From assembly GCA_000697335.1 (NCBI GenBank), contig JNEM01012736.1, positions 1 through 44,819 on the forward strand: DNA of 44,819 bases, written 5' to 3'. Below are positions 38,944 to 44,819 of the stretch, one piece after another. This DNA comes from Conidiobolus incongruus B7586. Its lineage: Eukaryota. The translations under genes and the position numbers were made by a program. The notes below the pieces were generated by a model. The model saw only the letters and a list, made by a program, of their open reading frames with translations. It did no database searches and was not told the DNA's origin. The stretch's first letter is position 1. Each line of letters opens with the position of its first letter.

Positions 38944-40389
38944 CTATAATAACCAATATATTTGTAATAATAAATAGATAATTTAAGCAATTTTTTGAAT
39001 CGTTTTTTTAAATTCGATTCAATATATATTTTTTAATTTAGTAAATTATTAATATTAATTTTTAATTAGTTAACATTTCAATATTATTGGGATTTCGGTA
39101 TTTCATAAGAATTATAGATCAATGAGTTAAATTTGGAAATTGTGGGATTGTAATGAGAAATCTGATATCCATAATTAATTAAAGAGCTGATTAATTTTGT
39201 ATCTTATTTTCCGAAAATAAATCAATTTAAAAGTATAAATAATTGAATAATTGAATAATGTTATAATCAATCAAATTTGGAATAAGACAAACATTTATTC
39301 AATAACACTGACAGATAATTACTAATTTAAATAAAATAATAATTAATTATCAAAAAATTTTTCAGCTTTTTATTTAAACCAAAAAGGAAATACAATAAAT
39401 TAGACGTATATCTTATATTTTTTAATAATTTTAACAATTGGTAAATATAATTTCAGATTAAAAATGTTTGGTGTTTCATATATTATTGAAATTGAACTTT
39501 GATAACCAATATAATTATCAAATATATTAAAATTCCAAAATTCTTGTCTTACAAATTTATAATCTGATAGAGAGAAATTAATTGAAAACTTCGATATAAT
39601 CATAAAAAATAATGAACTAAATATACTTATATCATATATGGTACAATAGATGTTGGACTAAGTTAAGTATTATATATCTCAAACTATTGGTACAATATAA
39701 ATATGATGTAGTTGATATTGAAATCATCAGGCATATCCATTGTTTTTACTATAGTTGATACATTCAAAAACAGATATTAAGACCTTTTTTAGAGAAAGTA
39801 GTCAAAATAACTATAAGGAATTATTAATTGAAAAATATGAAGGTTTTTGAATTAATAAAATACAATATACTCTTATCAATTTACTAGTGGTCTAACTACA
39901 TTCTCATACTCTGGTTTTTAAAATGATGGAATATTTTATAAAAGGCAATTTTAATATAAAATTCAATTGAATGTACCTTCATAAAATTAATAAATTTGCT
40001 ATTAAATACATTATAATTTATTATAGGAATTAAAAAGTTAAATTTGATTGGATTAACTTTATAAAGAAAAAAAACAATTTGGTAAGAATATAATTAGACC
40101 CCTGTCATATTTGTAAATTAGTTCAAAATTAAAAAAATTGATAATCTTGATTTTATATTTATGTTTAAGTGAATTTACAAAGAAATGACTGAGAACCCAA
40201 GTAAATTTAATAACTTAGTAATTTTTGACAAACTGTCAATTGATGATTGATATTTGTTACAGTATCTTACTGTTCAATACCTATATATTACATGAGAATG
40301 ATAAAAGCCACTTCAAACATCATCAAGATGTTTAAGTTTGAGTCAGTATTTTTTAGTTTATAAATTTTAGTTAATTATTTCATTATAGT

Positions 40390-40850
40390 TGTTTCCTCAA
40401 GTAACAACAAAAGTTCGATTTCCACTACCGTTTTGACTAACGGAGCCTCCAAATAGGTGAGCACTTTGCCCGCTATATTGGGAGTAGCAGCTACAAGCTG
40501 GGTAGTCAGACGAACCCTGAATGCTTCATCGTATGGGATTACCCTAGGATCTAATAGAGATAAGTCGGACATTGTGTCCGGATCAGTTTAACCAAAATAA
40601 GCACGTTTCAAATTAAATGAATCGATCAACCGTTAGTTGCCTAATATGATGATAACTAATTTGTCATGTTTTATTAGTGAACTTATGTAAGTTTTTATAG
40701 TCCTTAGCAGATTCATTCCTGACTGGGTTAGATGTATCTCGTGCTAGTGGCTGATCAGGACTAAGCAGAGGAACTCGCTCGATAGTACAGCCACCAATTC
40801 AAGGGACGCGTGAAAACTTGATGTTGGTCAATCACTCTGTTGGTGACAAT
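40390..40850. ncRNA. Unassigned GC-richer, hairpin-rich island (candidate ncRNA or viral/mitochondrial relic)
   Basis: ~460 bp island in very AT-rich DNA with several stem-loops and no convincing standard-code ORF. Confidence 0.35.
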
Positions 40851-41547
40851 ATTTTTATAAAATATTCTATTGCCTCAAATCATATCCCAAAAACTTTTAT
40901 ACAAGAAATATTTCAACTATTAAGATGATATTTGTTTTTGAAAATTTTTCTAATATTATATTTTTAATATATATAAATTCATAAAAAATATACTAGATAA
41001 TCATTATCATTATTATCATTTAATTCTAATATAATTGCTCTATAATTTAATATCTTGAAATTTTGAGAATAATAGAAAGATATAGTCAAATAATAACTTT
41101 GAATCTAAAATAAATAAAAATTCATTAAGTTCTATTTTTTTAACAATAAAAATTAATAAATATTCTTTTTATAAAATTGTCAAATTGAAAAATTATTTAT
41201 ATTTAAAAATTTAATTATAATATGAATTTATATATAATTAACCCTATATCTCTGTAATATTTTCAATATTATTTCAAAAAATTAATAATATGTAGATCTA
41301 AAAATATAAAATTTATAAAGATTATACGCTGATTCCTGGTAATTGATAAAATAATGATATAATCAATATTGAATATAAAGTTAAAAAGGTTGATTGCATT
41401 TGGAATTGATCGAAATCTTCGCTACAATTCTGAAATTAAATTGGTTAATGGTCCAATTTATTTACCGCACAATCAAATTAATGCATTCTGCATATAAAAA
41501 TCGCTAAATCTCAATTCCTCCTCAATAATTCATTTTTAATTTTGATA

Positions 41548-42769
41548 ATGTTGAAAGTAACTAAAAAATATAAATTATTCAGTCATAGAATTAATATCCT
41601 TGAATTATAAAGGAAGTTTTAGAGCCCTTCACCTACACTTGTTCCAATCCTGGAAAAAATATAAGGTCAATTATTATCCACGCGTTTCAGCAATCACTTC
41701 AGATCCCTACTGAAGCTCTGGACACTATTCTCCAAGTTATTGACATGTTGCACAATGCGAGTTTGATGATTGACGATATTCAAGATAGTTCAACAATTAG
41801 GAGAGGGCAACCTGGTACTTTTTATAACACCCTAATTATCGATTGATACTGATTATTATTTAGCTGCTCATTTAATTTTTGGAATTCCTCAAACTATAAA
41901 TAGTGCCAACTTAGTCTACTTTTTAGCCTTGGAAAAATTGGTTAAATTGAATAACTCTGAAATTGTTAAAGTATTTTCAGGTAAATTAATCTAGTTTACT
42001 ATTCTTTCTCAGATAGTTTATCCTCTTTACTTTGTAGAAGAATTAGTTAATTTGCATAAGGGTCAAGGTTATGAATTATATTGGAGAGATAATAACAAGT
42101 GTCCAACTCAATCTGAGTATATTGAAATGATTAACCATAGTGAGTTTCTTGTTTATCTCAATAGATTTAAATATTCTAATTCATATTTCTAGAAACTGGT
42201 GGTTTATTCCGATTAGCTATTAGATTGATGCAAGTTTATTCTACTAAAAATATGTACTATATATATATATATATATATTTAATATTTATAGAACACATTA
42301 TTTATATGTTTTTAATAGCGATTTTGTTCCTTTAGCTAATTTAATTGGTATTCATTTTCAAATCAGAGACGATTATATTAATTTAGTTTCGACAAAGGTA
42401 AACTAATACCAGTCATAAATATTACAAAGTATTAAAATATAATTATTGATATAGTTTCAAGAAACCAAAGGCTTCTGTGAAGATTTAACCGAAGGGAAAT
42501 TTTCGTTCCCTGTGATTCACCACCTCAAAAATACAGAAACTCCCAACCAACTACTTAGCATCCTAAGACAGAGAACCACCAATGTTGAAATCAAAAAGCA
42601 CGCGATTAAACTGATGGAATCGACCGAATCTTTCAAGTACACCCGAGAGTTTTTAAAGCTTAAGGAGGAGGAGATAGCCATTGAGATCGAAACATTGGGA
42701 GGTAACGATATTTTAACCGAGCTCCTTAACAAGTTACAAATTGCAAATATTGAAACGGAATGTAATTAA
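41548..42769 (+). CDS. BTS1: Geranylgeranyl diphosphate synthase (type III), 7 exons
   Basis: MLK|EVLEPFTYTCSNPGKNIR, MLHNASLMIDDIQDSSTIRRGQP, AAHLIFGIPQTINSAN, LHKGQGYELYWRD, KTGGLFRLA, FQIRDDYINL, GFCEDLTEGKFSFP; six short GT-AG introns. Confidence 0.95.
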
Positions 42770-43286
42770 TTCCACTTCCAATTAATATTACTTTTCTTCT
42801 GTATTTGTATTATTATTGAAATTTTTATAGCATTAAAACTTAAATTTGTTCTTTAACAAACTAATTTTTAATACTAATATAATAGTAATTCAAAATATTT
42901 TAACTAATTTGTTATATCCATATATTGAAAACTTTTATTATAAACAACGATTTTAGTAATATCATTATTTTTAAAATATTCTAAATAATATTTATTATAT
43001 TTCAATTAAAATAGATATTATCAACATTATAATTGATACTTATCATTAAAATTTTGTTAACTAAATAATTATATGTTGAAGTTTTATTGGCTAATATTAA
43101 TAATTTTAACAACGTGTAATTTTTTTTAGTTTCAATATTATTAAGCTTATTCAATTATTACATCATTTAATTTTATATATTATTTATATATATTGATGAA
43201 TTGTAAAGCTTTTAATTCATATTATTGATAGTCTATTTTTTTTCTTTTATTATTTGAGCATACATTTTTAGTTGAATATTAATATT

Positions 43287-43531
43287 ATCACCACTACAGA
43301 TTTTTGGGCGTAAAAAGTGATATCAAAAAGTACTAACCAATAGGAATTGTTAAATTTCAATATAAAATATAAGTATGGATAAAATTTCAACTTCTCCACT
43401 ATAGATGTTTTGCTAATATATTAAATATCTATCAAAAAAGAATTTAGATTTTTTTCATTTCATATTCTTAATATAGTGAATTAGTAGTACTAAAAACCGC
43501 AATATGTGACAAAAAAATCTTTGGTGGTGAT
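43287..43531. mobile_element. MITE-like element with ~19-bp imperfect terminal inverted repeats
   Basis: ATCACCACTACAGATTTTT (43287-43305) versus the reverse complement of 43513-43531, ATCACCACCAAAGATTTTT (2 mismatches). ~245 bp, non-coding. Confidence 0.55.
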
Positions 43532-43803
43532 CATTACAAATGGTAAATATAATATTTAGTTAATAAAATTATTGGAGCTTTCCCTATATGAAGGTATATA
43601 ATTATAATCAGTCATATTTTATAGTGAATAAATTTCAATTAAAATTTCATATAAAATATAATTTTTTTAAGATTACATTAAATAAAATTTATCTATATTC
43701 TTTAAATAAAAACAATTAATTTTAATTTATATGTATTAATATATATTTTTTCAAAATTAAATAATTATTTTCTAAATAATCGAAATAAATCTTTTTAAAT
43801 TAA

Positions 43804-43830
43804 TATATATATATATGTGTGTGTGTGTAT
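43804..43830. repeat. Compound (TA)n(TG)n microsatellite
   Basis: tatatatatatatgtgtgtgtgtgtata. Confidence 0.85.
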
Positions 43831-44819
43831 ATTATTTTCATTTTAATATTTTTATTATAATAATTATCATAAAGGTTTAAGTCATTATAGACAATGAAAC
43901 TTAACATATAATAAATTCAAATTCCATAAATACACTGTCTTCAATATTTAAAATATTCCACTTGAATAAAAATGATTGGTAGATAGAAAGGTAATATTTA
44001 ATTTGTAATATTCTTTGTTTATATTCTTTACTTTGGTTCCTTAAATAAATTTGTGAATAAAATTTAACTATATTATATTAATATATAAAATTTATTAACT
44101 GTATATTATCACTTTTAATCATACTCGATATATCTTATATAACTAATTTTCAGACACCAAAATTAATCTACTTAGTTATATGTTCATGGTATAATAATTT
44201 TGCTTATTTTTAATAATTATACTATATTTTGTATTTTACTAAATCATTTATGATTATAAGATTATTACCACTTTGTTTTCAAATATTTGGAGATTTGAAT
44301 TAAGATATTTTAAAATAATATCTTTTAATAAAAGATTATAAAATATATATTATTAAAAATTTTTTGTTATATATTCTTATTATAATATTATATCAAACTT
44401 AATTGAAAATAATATATTATGAGCGTTTTGGTAAATTATTAAATTATTAATCTTTATTTAATATTCAATTGGTCCATTGTAATATTTTTGAAAATATTTC
44501 ACTTTTAATTTAACTATTTTAAATACCATTAATAAAATAATACTTTGAAGGTGAATTTATTGAATTATTTTATATATTAACATTTATATCGCTATTCAAT
44601 ATTTTATATAAAGTATTTTAATATATTATAGAAAAAACAAAAACAAATAATTTATTAAATATACTATTTAATGATAATTTTTTATATGTTAATTAATTTT
44701 TAATTGTTATATTGGTGAATTTGAATTTTATTATATATTGATAAATTTTGAATATAATTAATTATATATTATATAATATTAACTATAAATAATAAATTTT
44801 TTATTAGATTTTATTGTTT

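Noticed and set aside
40375..40572. 65-aa minus-strand ORF as a stand-alone gene
   Set aside because: No recognisable domain, and it covers only part of the island; treated under the structured-island findings.
41548..42769. GGPP synthase as the core of a terpene biosynthetic cluster
   Set aside because: No cyclase, P450 or other tailoring genes nearby in the window; it looks like housekeeping BTS1.
1..44819. CRISPR arrays, rRNA, tRNA or spliceosomal snRNA genes
   Set aside because: No repeat-spacer array or recognisable signatures were seen by eye; the context is eukaryotic.

Overview
Very AT-rich eukaryotic genomic DNA with short (~50-60 nt) GT-AG introns. It is most consistent with an early-diverging fungus; an Entomophthorales/Conidiobolus-like organism is an inference from composition and intron size only. 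The window holds about 11 intact-looking host genes: a CSC1/OSCA-type channel, a LEU5-type CoA carrier, GLE1, CIA30/NDUFAF1, a small mitochondrial membrane protein, TUG/UBX4, an HMG-box protein, a coiled-coil protein, MET6, a PPR protein and a GGPP synthase. The most striking feature is a 962-bp GC-richer insertion (29675-30636) bounded by a perfect 13-bp direct repeat. It carries an intronless orphan ORF with a CAA-rich leader reminiscent of dsRNA mycovirus segments. It sits just upstream of a DUF4505/C8orf82-like gene, which is now a pseudogene. Also present: two structured, GC-richer non-coding islands (one group I intron-like, one unassigned), two decayed tandem alpha/beta-hydrolase paralogs and a MITE-like element. 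Exon boundaries were read by eye and family calls are from motif recognition, not database searches.
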